Of a stretch of DNA of 64,000 nucleotides, positions 55,180 to 64,000 are shown one piece after another. Source of the DNA: an uncultured Gammaproteobacteria bacterium (lineage in GTDB: Bacteria > Pseudomonadota > Gammaproteobacteria > UBA9214); contig CAVYZN010000032.1 in assembly GCA_963773065.1 (NCBI GenBank), positions 32,001 through 96,000 of the forward strand. The letters are read 5' to 3'. The notes beneath the pieces are model-generated. The model ran no database searches and was not told the DNA's origin. It was given only the letters and a program-made list of their open reading frames with translations. The position numbers and the translations under genes are program-made. The stretch's first letter is position 1, and each line of letters opens with the position of its first letter.

Positions 55180-56812
55180 CCTTACTGATGCATAAAACTC
55201 AGGCATGAAGGAAGAAATACGCTTGTATTATAGGGCCCACGACTCATTCGTCCCCTGATCCTGGGGTTCACTGATAGTGCATTCCAGAAGATGGTAAAAA
55301 TGACGATGAAAGTCCGCGTGTAACCATAAAAAAACGGTTTCCGAATTGGTAGAATGCGTTTGCCAAAACCATCCAACCAATCAAAAGGAAACCGTTCACG
55401 ATGAAGTGTAGCAGAGCCGAAATACACCGTAAAACCTACCGGCTTCCCGCGCTGAGTTTTGAAGACCAACAGCTCACCTCGTTCTCGGGACTCATTATTT
55501 TCCAGGCGCTGTTTGCTCGTCTGCAACTTAAGCGCCGGCTCAGCGGCTGTTTTGAGCATCTGCGCCTCACCCCGATCTTCGGCCATGGGGTGATGGTGTT
55601 GCTGCTGGTGGTGCATTTGCTGCTGGGCTACCGGGAACTGCGTGATATCCGCTACTACCAGGACGACCCGCTGGTGCGCCGAGTGCTGGGGCTTACCCGA
55701 TTGCCGGATGCCTCGACCCTGAGCCGGGCTCTCGCGAACACCGATCAGGCAAGTGCCGAGAAGCTGCGCCGGCTCTGCCGGTGCCTGGTCCTGGAGCGTC
55801 TGGCACGTCTGGAACTGCAGCGCATTACGGTAGACTTTGACGGCTCGGTGCTCTCCACCGGTCGCTTTGCCGAAGGGGCGGCGGTGGGCTTTAACCGCAA
55901 GAAGAAAGGCCAGCGCAGCTATTATCCGCTGTTCTGCACCCTGTCGCAGACCGGGCAGATCCTGGATGTATGGCATCGCCCGGGCAATGTGCATGATTCC
56001 AACGGTGCCCAGGCGTTCATCCTCGAGTGCATCCGGGCGATCCGCGCGGTGGCACCCCAGGCGCTCATCGAAACACGCATGGACAGCGCCTTCTTCAGCG
56101 ATGACATCGTCCGCTTGCTGGAGGCCCAAGGGGTGCAATACAGCATCAGCGTGCCCTTTGAGCGCTTCGCCAAACTCAAGCGCCTCATCGAGGCGCGCCG
56201 GCAGTGGTGGCGCCACAACGGGCGGATCGCCTATTTTGAGCGGCAGTGGAAACCCAGCACCTGGACACGGCGCGCCCGCTTTGTGTTCATTCGCCAGAGA
56301 AACAAGGTCCAATCCAAGGAACCGGTGCAGCTCGACCTCTTCGTCCCCTTCGCCTGGGGCTACGATTTCAAGGTCATCGTGACCAACAAGCGCGTGCGGG
56401 CCGGCAAGCTCCTCAGCTTCCATAACGGCCGGGGTTCGCAGGAAGGGGTGTTCGCGGAACTGAAAACCGACAGCCAGTTGGAGTATGTGCCTACGCGCAC
56501 GCTCGCGGGTAACCAGATCTATCTGCTCTCGGCGGTGTTGGCGCATAATCTCAGCCGCGAATTGCAGATGGAAACGACGGATAAACAGCGTGCAACCACC
56601 GCCAAGCGCACGCCGCTGTGGGCCTTTGAACGGCTGGATACCCTACGCCGCAAGCTCATTCAGCGTGCCGGCAGGCTCACTCGCCCACAAGGCAAGCTCA
56701 CCTTGACTCTGAGCGCCAATCCCTCGGTCAAAAACGCGCTGTTGCATTATCTGACCGAATTGGATAAGGCCGCATGAGTTCCAATTTCCGGTAAATTTAT
56801 GCAACGCTGGGG
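55180..56812 (+). mobile_element. IS1380-family insertion sequence with TGAA target duplication
   Basis: Imperfect TIRs CCTTACTGATGCATAAA / CCCCAGCGTTGCATAAA; TGAA at 55176-79 and 56813-16. Confidence 0.85.
55401..56777 (+). CDS. IS1380-family DDE transposase
   Basis: LTSFSGL, TVDFDGS, YYPL, RPGNVH, RMDSAF, RG.QE..F.ELK, LAHNL. Confidence 0.9.
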   Translation: MKCSRAEIHRKTYRLPALSFEDQQLTSFSGLIIFQALFARLQLKRRLSGCFEHLRLTPIFGHGVMVLLLVVHLLLGYRELRDIRYYQDDPLVRRVLGLTRLPDASTLSRALANTDQASAEKLRRLCRCLVLERLARLELQRITVDFDGSVLSTGRFAEGAAVGFNRKKKGQRSYYPLFCTLSQTGQILDVWHRPGNVHDSNGAQAFILECIRAIRAVAPQALIETRMDSAFFSDDIVRLLEAQGVQYSISVPFERFAKLKRLIEARRQWWRHNGRIAYFERQWKPSTWTRRARFVFIRQRNKVQSKEPVQLDLFVPFAWGYDFKVIVTNKRVRAGKLLSFHNGRGSQEGVFAELKTDSQLEYVPTRTLAGNQIYLLSAVLAHNLSRELQMETTDKQRATTAKRTPLWAFERLDTLRRKLIQRAGRLTRPQGKLTLTLSANPSVKNALLHYLTELDKAA

Positions 56813-57807
56813 TGAACTCACGAGGAATCAGGATGCTATGGATGCGCTGAACAATAGCCGGGTCTTCGACCTCTTCCTTGATTGACATGAGCCGGAGCAG
56901 TGCATCCACTGAGATGAGGCGGATATCCCAGGCGTAGCGTGAGCCACGGATCTGCGCTTCAAGGTCGCCTGTGTCCTGCCGTCCGACAACGAACAGCATG
57001 GATGATTGGGCTTCCGTTATAACATTCGAGCCTACAAGGTCTCGGCGATAGCCTGCAATCGTGTTGAGATCGATGCGATACGCGTCCGTCGTCTTGACCT
57101 CGATGAGGATCGACTGATTGCTTGGAAAGAGCCACAGCCCATCAAAGCCCGTGTGTTTGACAGTCCCGCGGTAGCGTCCACGTGTGGCGGTAGCTCCGAG
57201 TCGGGCGCCGACTTCGTTGACGATGTCTTGAAGGACGAAACCAGAGTCCGGGAACCCGGACGACAGGCACTGTTCGCAGTACGCGACCAAGTTCGCAGAG
57301 GGAACACTTGCGAGGAAGTCTCGGAACTCCTTTGAGCACGTTCCGTCGTCGGTCAACTTTCCATCGCCTGCAATAGCAACGAGTTGCTGCACCTGCTTGC
57401 CTTGTAACTGCTCAGGTGATTTCTTCCAGAGATCAAGGAGTGACATGCGGTGCAGTCTACGTGTGTTGAGATCTAACTCTATTAGAGGGCCTAAGGATCG
57501 GGTTAGTCATATGATTCTCCTGTCTTTATTAAAATTAACTGGTCTTGAAATCAATTCGGTTGACTCCATATAGCATGGCCTAAAAGGAAAAACAAACTTA
57601 GCTCAAGGCTTTCCCTGAATGTCATTTCGGTTTCTACGTATATCATCGCCGTGAACCGGTCCATGCCGTGCACCAGCTCCCAACTCACGGCCGTCCGAAT
57701 AGTCGGCGGACTTCAGTTGTCAGTGTATTCCTGGATAACACCAGACAGGCATGGCAACGTTCGCCCTGCGTTGTTCCAGTGAAAATCATACGATGATCTT
57801 AATGCCA

Positions 57808-57881
57808 TCGATTCACGACCCACCCAGTACGCTCCAAAGCCGCAAAACGCGTTTTGCCTTCGTACCTGGCCAATGTGTCAC
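57808..57881 (-). pseudogene. HicA-like toxin N-terminal remnant
   Basis: VTHWPGTKAKRVL/AALERTGW; overlaps the HicB stop codon. Confidence 0.6.
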
Positions 57882-58083
57882 GCCGTGGCAAAGGAGATAT
57901 GAATCGGTTCAAGAGGATGTTCGCCGTGCTCGATACGTTCCGCGAGAACCCGGAGCGCGAGCGCCTCGGCTTGTGCAATGGCCGCTTCACGAGCGTAGCC
58001 GTACTTCATTACTCCTGGTAGCTCGGGAATTTCCGCGATCAACGACCATCTTCCTCACGGTCGATTTCCAGTGTGAACATCAT
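57878..58083 (-). pseudogene. HicB-like antitoxin with one -1 frameshift
   Basis: MMFTLEIDREEDGR/IAEIPELPGVMKYG..A..AEALALRVLAERIEHGE. Confidence 0.8.
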
Positions 58084-58120
58084 AGTGTTTACCTCGGTTG
58101 TTTCCCCGCAATGATAGTAG

Positions 58121-58247
58121 GTAGCCGGGTTGAGCGACAGCCACAACATCGCCGGGAGCAATGTTGGACAGACGCAGGCTGGCCCGCAGGCGGAGTCCAT
58201 GGAGGGACTCCGCAAACCCGGGTTTCACTGCGTTCAACACAGGCTAC
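58121..58247. repeat. GTAG-type REP-like inverted pair
   Basis: GTAGCCGGGTTGAGCG ... AACCCGGGTTTCACTGCGTTCAACACAGGCTAC. Confidence 0.6.
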
Positions 58248-58318
58248 CTCCTGCGTCCGGGTTCAGCCAAGTGACGATGAGAGGGTAACCTGGTCGGCGT
58301 CATCGACGGAATCAAGGA

Positions 58319-58612
58319 TCAAGGGCTCAGAGTACTTGAACCGCGCTTTTTGCCGCGTACGCTGGGACGCGATGTCAGGGGTTCTTTGAATTGCGAGGCG
58401 TAAAAATCAAGGAGTCTGCGGATCATGGCTTGATAGGAAGTGTGATTCTTTTTCGCTTCAGTCTTGAAAAACTCGATGCTTGCCTTGCTAAGCGATAGGG
58501 TTACCTTGACGTTCTCCTCTTTGAACACCAAGCTTTCCGGTGGAGGAAGAAAGTCTTCGATTACGCGCACCTTTCCAAGTGGCTCGTCTGAATACTTGAT
58601 TTTGCTCTTCAT
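58319..58612 (-). CDS. BrnA/CopG-like antitoxin
   Basis: KYSDEP..DFLPPPE.L..KVT..LS..FFK..YQ.MIR.LLD.Y; tail reads into an attC remnant. Confidence 0.8.
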   Translation of the reverse strand: MKSKIKYSDEPLGKVRVIEDFLPPPESLVFKEENVKVTLSLSKASIEFFKTEAKKNHTSYQAMIRRLLDFYASQFKEPLTSRPSVRGKKRGSSTLSP

Positions 58613-58690
58613 GGATTCTCTCGACTTTTCGCCAATATCCTGCGCCAATAGGTCTGATGATTCCGTTGAGATAGGTGAACCGGTCCGTGG
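58596..58690 (-). pseudogene. BrnT-like toxin C-terminal remnant
   Basis: RFTYLNGIIRPIGAGYWRK..IHEEQN; 5' part lost next to the repeat at 58712. Confidence 0.65.
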
Positions 58691-58778
58691 GAATTGCGGG
58701 ACTAAACAGCAGAAAATAAATCTGTCACCTATCCCACCACGTTTCTATATGAAATACCGCGTCGACCAGGCGTAATGA

Positions 58779-59165
58779 TCACTCCGTGGCGTCGATCACC
58801 TTCACCCCATAGCGGCCCAACATTCCATCGCTGCTGACGATATCAAGTCCTTCCGCCTGCGCCTGGGCGATGAGCATCCGATCAAAGGGGTCGCGGTGAA
58901 TGGCTGGCAACTCACCCGCCCGCTCACCATGAAAAAAGGTAACCGGCAACTTCTCGAATCCCTCTGCGTCGATGACCCCATCCAGGTCGTCTGGCGCTTT
59001 CAGCTTACCGATGGACTTCTTGATACTGATCTCCCAGGCACTCGCGGCGCTGACATAGACTTCGTTGTTCTCGTTTTCTATGAGCTGTCTCGCATTCGGG
59101 CCCAGGCTCGGATCGTCGGCAAGCCACCACAGCAGGGCTTGGGTATCGAGCAGCAGGCGCTTCAT
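58779..59165 (-). CDS. vapC: VapC (PIN) toxin
   Basis: LLLDTQALLWW, SAASAWEI.IK, HRDPFDRMLIAQA. Confidence 0.9.
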   Translation of the reverse strand: MKRLLLDTQALLWWLADDPSLGPNARQLIENENNEVYVSAASAWEISIKKSIGKLKAPDDLDGVIDAEGFEKLPVTFFHGERAGELPAIHRDPFDRMLIAQAQAEGLDIVSSDGMLGRYGVKVIDATE

Positions 59166-59404
59166 TCCCGCCCCTCGAAGTCCGCCACAAGCTCGGCCGG
59201 CGTCTGGTCGAAATCTTCAGCCAGGGTGATCTGTCCCTTAAGACGTCCAGGTTTTCGCCTGGCGCGTCCCGCCCGATGGGGGAGGAGGTCCAGGTATGGC
59301 TTGCCTGCCTTGGCAATAACCACCTTTTCTCCCTTCCAGACCAATTCTCCCAGCTCCGAAAGCCGGGATTTTGCTTCATGCATATTAACTTGCTTGGTAC
59401 TCAC
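59162..59404 (-). CDS. Phd/YefM family antitoxin
   Basis: VNMHEAKSRLSEL..GE.VVIAKAGKP, R.PG.LKG.I. Confidence 0.9.
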   Translation of the reverse strand: MSTKQVNMHEAKSRLSELGELVWKGEKVVIAKAGKPYLDLLPHRAGRARRKPGRLKGQITLAEDFDQTPAELVADFEGRE

Positions 59405-59431
59405 GGCGAGTGCTCCTGTCAGTGCCAAATG

Positions 59432-59449
59432 TTAGCTAAGTTTAGCTAA
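59432..59449. promoter_or_regulatory. Probable antitoxin operator: two TTAGCTAA palindromes 10 bp apart
   Basis: GTTAGCTAAGTTTAGCTAAT about 30 bp upstream of the antitoxin start. Confidence 0.55.
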
Positions 59450-59654
59450 TTCTATGCGGCTCTGACAACCGGGAGAACTCCGGCACCCAACCATGCCCAA
59501 TCGGCAGCCCAGAGAATCAGGCCGACATAAAACCCGGGTGACCCGCTATCATCCCCACGCCCCGCAGACAGGGATACGGACCGCCTTCCCGAAACCCGAC
59601 CACCAGCACATCAAGCAATGCTCTGGGCGCCCCCGTTTCGCTTTATTTGAGTGC

Positions 59655-60185
59655 TCACGGTGGGAGAGTGGATTTTGAGTTCAACCAGGCGATGATAAAC
59701 GCGGCGATGGCGCCGGCGTCGTTGAGGTCCAGCACCGGCAGGGCGCCGGCATCGAGGGGGTAGTCGCAGGCGACGGCGATGATGTTGGGATCGTCGGGGT
59801 GCAGCAGCGGGTGGCCGAGGGCTTGGCGGTGCAGTTCGATCTTGGGAAACGGCACGTGGCGGAAGCCTTCGACCAGCACCAGGTCGACGGTCTCGGGATC
59901 GAGCCGGGCGAGGAGGGTGTCGAGGTCGGGGTCGTCCGCCTCGGGGGTTTCCGTGATCAGCGCCCAGCGGCGGGCGGAGGCGACCAGCACCTGGGGTGCG
60001 CCCGCCTTGCGCAACTCGTAGCTGTCCTTGCCCGGGATGTCGATGTCGAACGTCGTGGTGCGCGTGCTTGATGATGCCGATGCGCAGGCCCTGCTGCGCG
60101 AGCAGCGGGATGAGTTTGCGGAGCAGCGTGGTCTTGCCGGTGCCGCTGAAGGCGGCGAAGCCGAGCACCGGCAGGACGGCTTCAT
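59655..60185 (-). CDS. mobB: Molybdopterin-guanine dinucleotide biosynthesis protein MobB (frameshifted)
   Basis: FSGTGKTTLL, IKHAHH/FDID.PGKDSY.LRKAGA, DLVLVEGF. Confidence 0.88.
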   Translation of the reverse strand: MKPSCRCSASPPSAAPARPRCSANSSRCSRSRACASASSSTRTTTFDIDIPGKDSYELRKAGAPQVLVASARRWALITETPEADDPDLDTLLARLDPETVDLVLVEGFRHVPFPKIELHRQALGHPLLHPDDPNIIAVACDYPLDAGALPVLDLNDAGAIAAFIIAWLNSKSTLPP

Positions 60186-60545
60186 GAGTGCGTGCCCGGC
60201 GGGAAACAGCAGGCGGGCCGGGTAGCCGGGCTGGAGGATGCAGCCGTTGACGAGGCGGGCGTAGTCCTCGCGCACCCCGCGCAGCAGGATCACGCCGGAG
60301 AGGGCGAGTCCCGGCAGCAGCAACAGCGCGATGAGCGGCAGGTAGGCGGCCTGCAGCAGCGTGGCGGCGAGCGGCAAGAGATAAAGCGGCCAACTGAACA
60401 GCAGCCCACGAAGGCCGTGCTTGAGGCCGAGGAGCAGGCGCGCGATGGCGCGGCGCAGGCGCTGCCGCGGCGAGTGGTACACGGCGAGGAACACGCCGCG
60501 CTCGAAGTCGTTGCGGATGTCGGCGAGGCGTTTGGGTGCGTTCAT
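60182..60545 (-). CDS. Small hypothetical membrane protein
   Basis: Hydrophobic ORF; fused to mobB in the ORF track by frameshifts. Confidence 0.5.
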
Positions 60546-60556
60546 AGAAGAAGCGA

Positions 60557-60754
60557 TTTCACCGCAGAGACGCAAAGAACGCAAAGCAATTCTATGGATT
60601 TTTGTTAAGGACTCTCTGAGCATGTCATCCCCGCGAAAGCGGGGATCCAGTAAGCCAACGATCCGGTAAAGATTGGATTCCCGCTTTCGCGGGAATGACA
60701 GGCTTAATCAGAGACAAAATAATTCCTTTGCGTCCTTTGCGTCTTTGCGGTGAA
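60557..60754. repeat. Nested inverted repeats: TTCACCGCAGAGACGCAAAG..CGCAAAG ends enclosing a TGTCATCCCCGCGAAAGCGGGGATCCA palindrome (60623-60700)
   Basis: Both inverted pairs visible in the sequence. Confidence 0.8.
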
Positions 60755-60776
60755 TAGTATCTTTTCTATATGGCCG

Positions 60777-62622
60777 CTAATGGCACTCGGGCAGGACGCC
60801 GACCTGGGGCATGCGGGCGAGGCCGGTCTCGCGGGCGTGCTGCTCGAAGCCCTTGTTGCGCCAGAAGAACGCGCCGGGCATCGTGGTGGGGATGACGAGG
60901 GCGTAGAACAGGGCGCGGCCGATGAGCGCGGTCGCGAACACGCTGATGGCCGCGCCCGCCCACAGCAGCAGGCCGGGGAGGCCGCCGGGGTGCAGCACGG
61001 CGATGAGCGCGAGCAGGACCATCGACAGGGCGAGGCCCGCGTTGCGCAGCCAGTAGGTGTTGCCGAAGGTGGTGCGCTGTTCGTGCATGCGAGGCCTCGC
61101 CCTCGCCGCCGCCGCGGCGCAGGTCGCGCGCATGGCAGTAGAGGCCGACGGCCTCCAGCGCCAGGCCAAGCAGCATCACCGCGGCGAGCGCGCCCGCGGT
61201 CGCCGCCCACGGCAGGTCCTGCGCGGTCTGTACCACGGCAAGCGTCAGCGCGACGAGCAGCGGTCCCAGCGCCAGCATGTTGCCGTAGAACGCCGTCAGC
61301 ACCTGCCAGTGGTTCCAGAAAGGGCGGGCCGGGATGCGGTAGATGCGGTGCATGAAATAGAGCGCGGCGAGGCCGGAGACGGCGGCGCCCCAGCCGGTCA
61401 ACTGCGCGAGCAGCGTGCGCTCGCGCCGTGCGGCAGCCAGGTAAACAGCATCGGCAGGCCGGTCAGCAGCGCATAGGCGCCGAGGAAATTGTAGAACACG
61501 GCGATGCCGGCCACTTCCCGGCTGACCGGCGAGTAGCGCAGGTTGTTGAACGCGCGGTAGAAGCGGTGCGGGCGGCCGAGGTGCAGGGTGGAGAGCACCA
61601 GCGCCAGGGTCTGCGCTCCGATGAGCCCGAAGAGGAGCAGCGGGCGGGCGACCGGGTGGCTCGCCGCATCGAGCGTCTCAACGCCGAACAGCGGTCCGAG
61701 GAACAGGGTGAGGAAGGCGCCGATCACCGCCTGCGAGACCAGCGTGAACACCACCAGCGGGTCCTCGCGGGTGCGCAGTTTCTTGAAGCTCCAGGCGCGC
61801 TCATTCGAGCCGGCGGCGACGCGGGGCCGGTAGCCGCCGCCCGGCGCCTGCGTATCGCGCTCGTAGCGCAGCGGCAGGCTGTCCGGGCGCGTCGAGTTCG
61901 CGCGGCAGGCTCTTCGTCTGCTGGAAGCGGATGTTGGGGTGGGTGATCTCCGGCGCGGGAAAGCCCGGGATGCGCGTCTGCAACTGGTCGCGCTGCGCCG
62001 GCGTGGTCTCGATGATGCCGAAGTCGAGCGCCCCGGCGAGGCAGGCGGCGACGCAGGCGGGCTTCAGTCCCACCTCCAGCCGGTCCACGCACATGTTGCA
62101 CTTGGACACATGCCCGGCCTTGGTGTCGAGCTGCGGCGCGTTGTAGGGACACACCCAGGTGCAGTAGCCGCAGCCGAAGCAGATATCCGGGTCCTGCAGC
62201 ACGGCGCCGTACTCGGCGAACTTGGTGTAGGCGCGCGTCGGGCAGCCCTTCAGGCACACCGGGTCGTCGCAGTGATTGCAGGCCATGGAGATGTTGAGGC
62301 GCTGGTAGGCCGGCCAGGCGCCGCCCTCGACGTAGCCGACCGAGCGGAAGGCGATATGCGCCGGCAGATCGTTCTTCTCCGAACAGGCCGCCTCGCAGGC
62401 ATGGCAGGCGATGCAGTGGTCGGCGTTGAAATAGAAGCCGTGCTGCTTGTAGCGGTTGGGGTTGGCGGAGACCGCGCCGTCGCCGTTGATGTTGAGCGAC
62501 TCCCCGCGCAGCGCATGGCCCGGCGGCACCGTCTCGATCGGCGTGCCGTAGCGGTTGGTCGCCGGGTGCGTCACATCCGGGACGAACGCATAGGCCGGTT
62601 CGTTGGGGCGCGGTTCAAACAT
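60777..62622 (-). CDS. Fused 4Fe-4S (DmsB-like) and DmsC-like membrane anchor subunit (frameshifted)
   Basis: CIACHACEAAC, CNHCDDPVC, CFGCGYCTWVC, KCNMC..PAC; anchor PLVVFTL.SQ, STLHLGRP, SPVSRE. Confidence 0.85.
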
Positions 62623-62650
62623 GGCCGCTACCGGAATCATCGGTAGTAAA

Positions 62651-62871
62651 TGTAGGAGCGGGTTAGCGCTTTTTGCGTAACCCACCAGGCGTTGCGCCGC
62701 AACACAACGCATTTTTTTAATGAGTGCCAGGCGGCACAGCCGGTGGGTTACGGCACCAACGGCGTGCCTAACCCACCCTACATGAATGATGGAACCGCCT
62801 GCATCCGTAGCGCGGAGGGAGCGCAGCGTAATCCGGGGATCAATGTCGCTTTGCATCGCTCCGCGGATTAC
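62651..62871. repeat. Cluster of GTAG-type REP-like palindromes
   Basis: GTAGGAGCGGGTTAGCG..GCGTAACCCACC / GGTGGGTTACGG..CCTAACCCACCCTAC; GTAGCGCGGA..TCCGCGGATTAC. Confidence 0.65.
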
Positions 62872-62921
62872 GGCCTGCGGCCTTCATCGCGGGAATACGG
62901 GTTTCAGAGATTCTTTAATCA

Positions 62922-64000
62922 TCAGAACGCCCGCGCCGCGAGGTTGCGCTCCGCGGCGGCGGCCTGGTCGTCGGACGGTTCGATGCGCACGGCGCACTGC
63001 TTGTAGGCCGGCTGGCGCGAATGCGGGTCGAGCAGGCCGAGGGTGAGGCGGTTGACGCATTCATGGTAATGGAAGGGGATGAACACGCTGTCGCGCGCGA
63101 CGCGCTGCGTGCATTGCACCATCACCACCGCGTCGCCGCGGCGCGAGGTGAGCCGCGCGTAAGCGCCGTGTTCGATGCCGAGTTCCGCCGCCGCGTCGGG
63201 GTTCATCTCCATGTACGGCGTCGGGCTGAACTTGTTGGCGTTGGCCACCTTGCCGGTGCGCGTGCGGGTGTGGAAGTGCTCGACCACGCGGCCGGAATTG
63301 AGCCAGAAGGGATAGGCCGCGTCGGGGCGCTCGTTGTTGTCGATGAAGGGCAGCGCGATCAGCTTCGCCCGGCCGCCGGGATAGGGGAACACGCCGTCGG
63401 TGTAGAGGCGCGGCGAGCCCTGCGGCGCGGTCTCCTCGTTGCACGGCCACTGCAGGCCGCGGTGGCGTTCGATCTTCTCGTAGCTCATGCCCGAGTAGTC
63501 CAGCAGGCGGCCTTTGGACAGCACCTTCAGCTCGTCGAACACGCCCTCGGCGGTTTCCGGAAAGTTGATGCGGCGGCCCTGCTCGAAGCGCTTGGCGACC
63601 TGGTTGAAGATCCACAGGTCGGCCTTCGACTCGCCGTGCGGCTCGCACACGTTGCGGATCAGGTTGACGCGGCGCTCGGTGTTGGTGAAGCAGCCTTCCT
63701 TTTCCGCCCACACCGCCGCCGGCAGGAACACGTGCGCGTATTCGTTGGTCTCGACGTCGCGGTAGGCGTCCTGCACCACCAGGAACTCGAGCTTCTCCAG
63801 CGTCCTGCGGATGCGCGGGGTGTTCGCCATCGAGGTCATGGGGTTGGTGGCGATGAGCCACAGTCCCTTGATCTGCCCGGTTTCGATCGCGGGCAGGATG
63901 TCGGTCATGAAGAGCCCGCGTTGCTTCGGAAAGAACTCCGGATCGATGCCCCAGAATCCGGCGATGTCCCGGCGGTCCTGTTCCTTCTCGAGGTAACGGT
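62922..64000 (-). CDS. Molybdopterin oxidoreductase catalytic subunit, NasA/NapA-like (5' part outside window)
   Basis: ATNP..S, LVVQD, LPAAVWAEKEG.FTNTERR, QWPC, LNSGRVVEHFHTRTRT, DPHSRQPAYK.CAV. Confidence 0.88.
   Translation of the reverse strand, partial: RYLEKEQDRRDIAGFWGIDPEFFPKQRGLFMTDILPAIETGQIKGLWLIATNPMTSMANTPRIRRTLEKLEFLVVQDAYRDVETNEYAHVFLPAAVWAEKEGCFTNTERRVNLIRNVCEPHGESKADLWIFNQVAKRFEQGRRINFPETAEGVFDELKVLSKGRLLDYSGMSYEKIERHRGLQWPCNEETAPQGSPRLYTDGVFPYPGGRAKLIALPFIDNNERPDAAYPFWLNSGRVVEHFHTRTRTGKVANANKFSPTPYMEMNPDAAAELGIEHGAYARLTSRRGDAVVMVQCTQRVARDSVFIPFHYHECVNRLTLGLLDPHSRQPAYKQCAVRIEPSDDQAAAAERNLAARAF

Larger units (their letters stand above)
54625..57446 (-). pseudogene. PD-(D/E)xK restriction-endonuclease-like cassette gene split by IS1380
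   Basis: FDGLW..IEVK motif; halves rejoin in frame as PREFT-RLDAIAD (394 aa); bounded by GTTAGAT (57471-77) and GTCTAAC (54624-30). Confidence 0.8.

Noticed and set aside
57751-58389. 212-aa + strand ORF as an integron integrase
   Set aside because: No tyrosine recombinase motifs; it is antisense to hicAB remnants and runs through repeats
48728-58732. Recurrent AAAATAAATCTGTCACC motif as a CRISPR array
   Set aside because: Copies are kilobases apart with genes between them; no regular spacers and no cas genes
59655-60623. 322-aa membrane protein-MobB fusion
   Set aside because: Product of compensating frameshifts; the MobB P-loop lies in another frame and the N-terminus is translated repeat

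Overview
GC-rich proteobacterial chromosomal window, probably gammaproteobacterial and possibly a sulfur oxidiser (SoxW-like thioredoxin). Housekeeping and accessory genes: glk, c-di-GMP proteins, glutaminase-STAS-cNMP, a complete V/A-type ATPase operon, sodC, a diheme MauG/CcP-family protein, a damaged tRNA-Arg(CCG), cytochrome c5, sucAB-lpdA, a YbhGFSR-like ABC exporter, mobB, and a NasA/NapA-like molybdoenzyme with a fused FeS/DmsC partner. Two accessory regions stand out. (1) At 30.0-42.5 kb is a SNF2-helicase/DUF3883 + DUF1156 methyltransferase + HEPN-DUF499 ATPase restriction-like locus, carrying nested RloAB-like and MNT-HEPN modules and abutting a beta-CASP gene remnant. (2) At about 48-59.5 kb is an integrase-less, decaying integron-type cassette array on the - strand. 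Its attC sites are mutated in the AAC/GTT cores or cut off by three families of small hairpin elements, its TA toxins are repeatedly truncated, and a restriction-endonuclease-like cassette is split by an IS1380. Dense frameshifts at 30-42 kb and 59.6-62 kb look mostly like long-read indel errors. All family assignments are from motif recognition by eye; no database searches were run.
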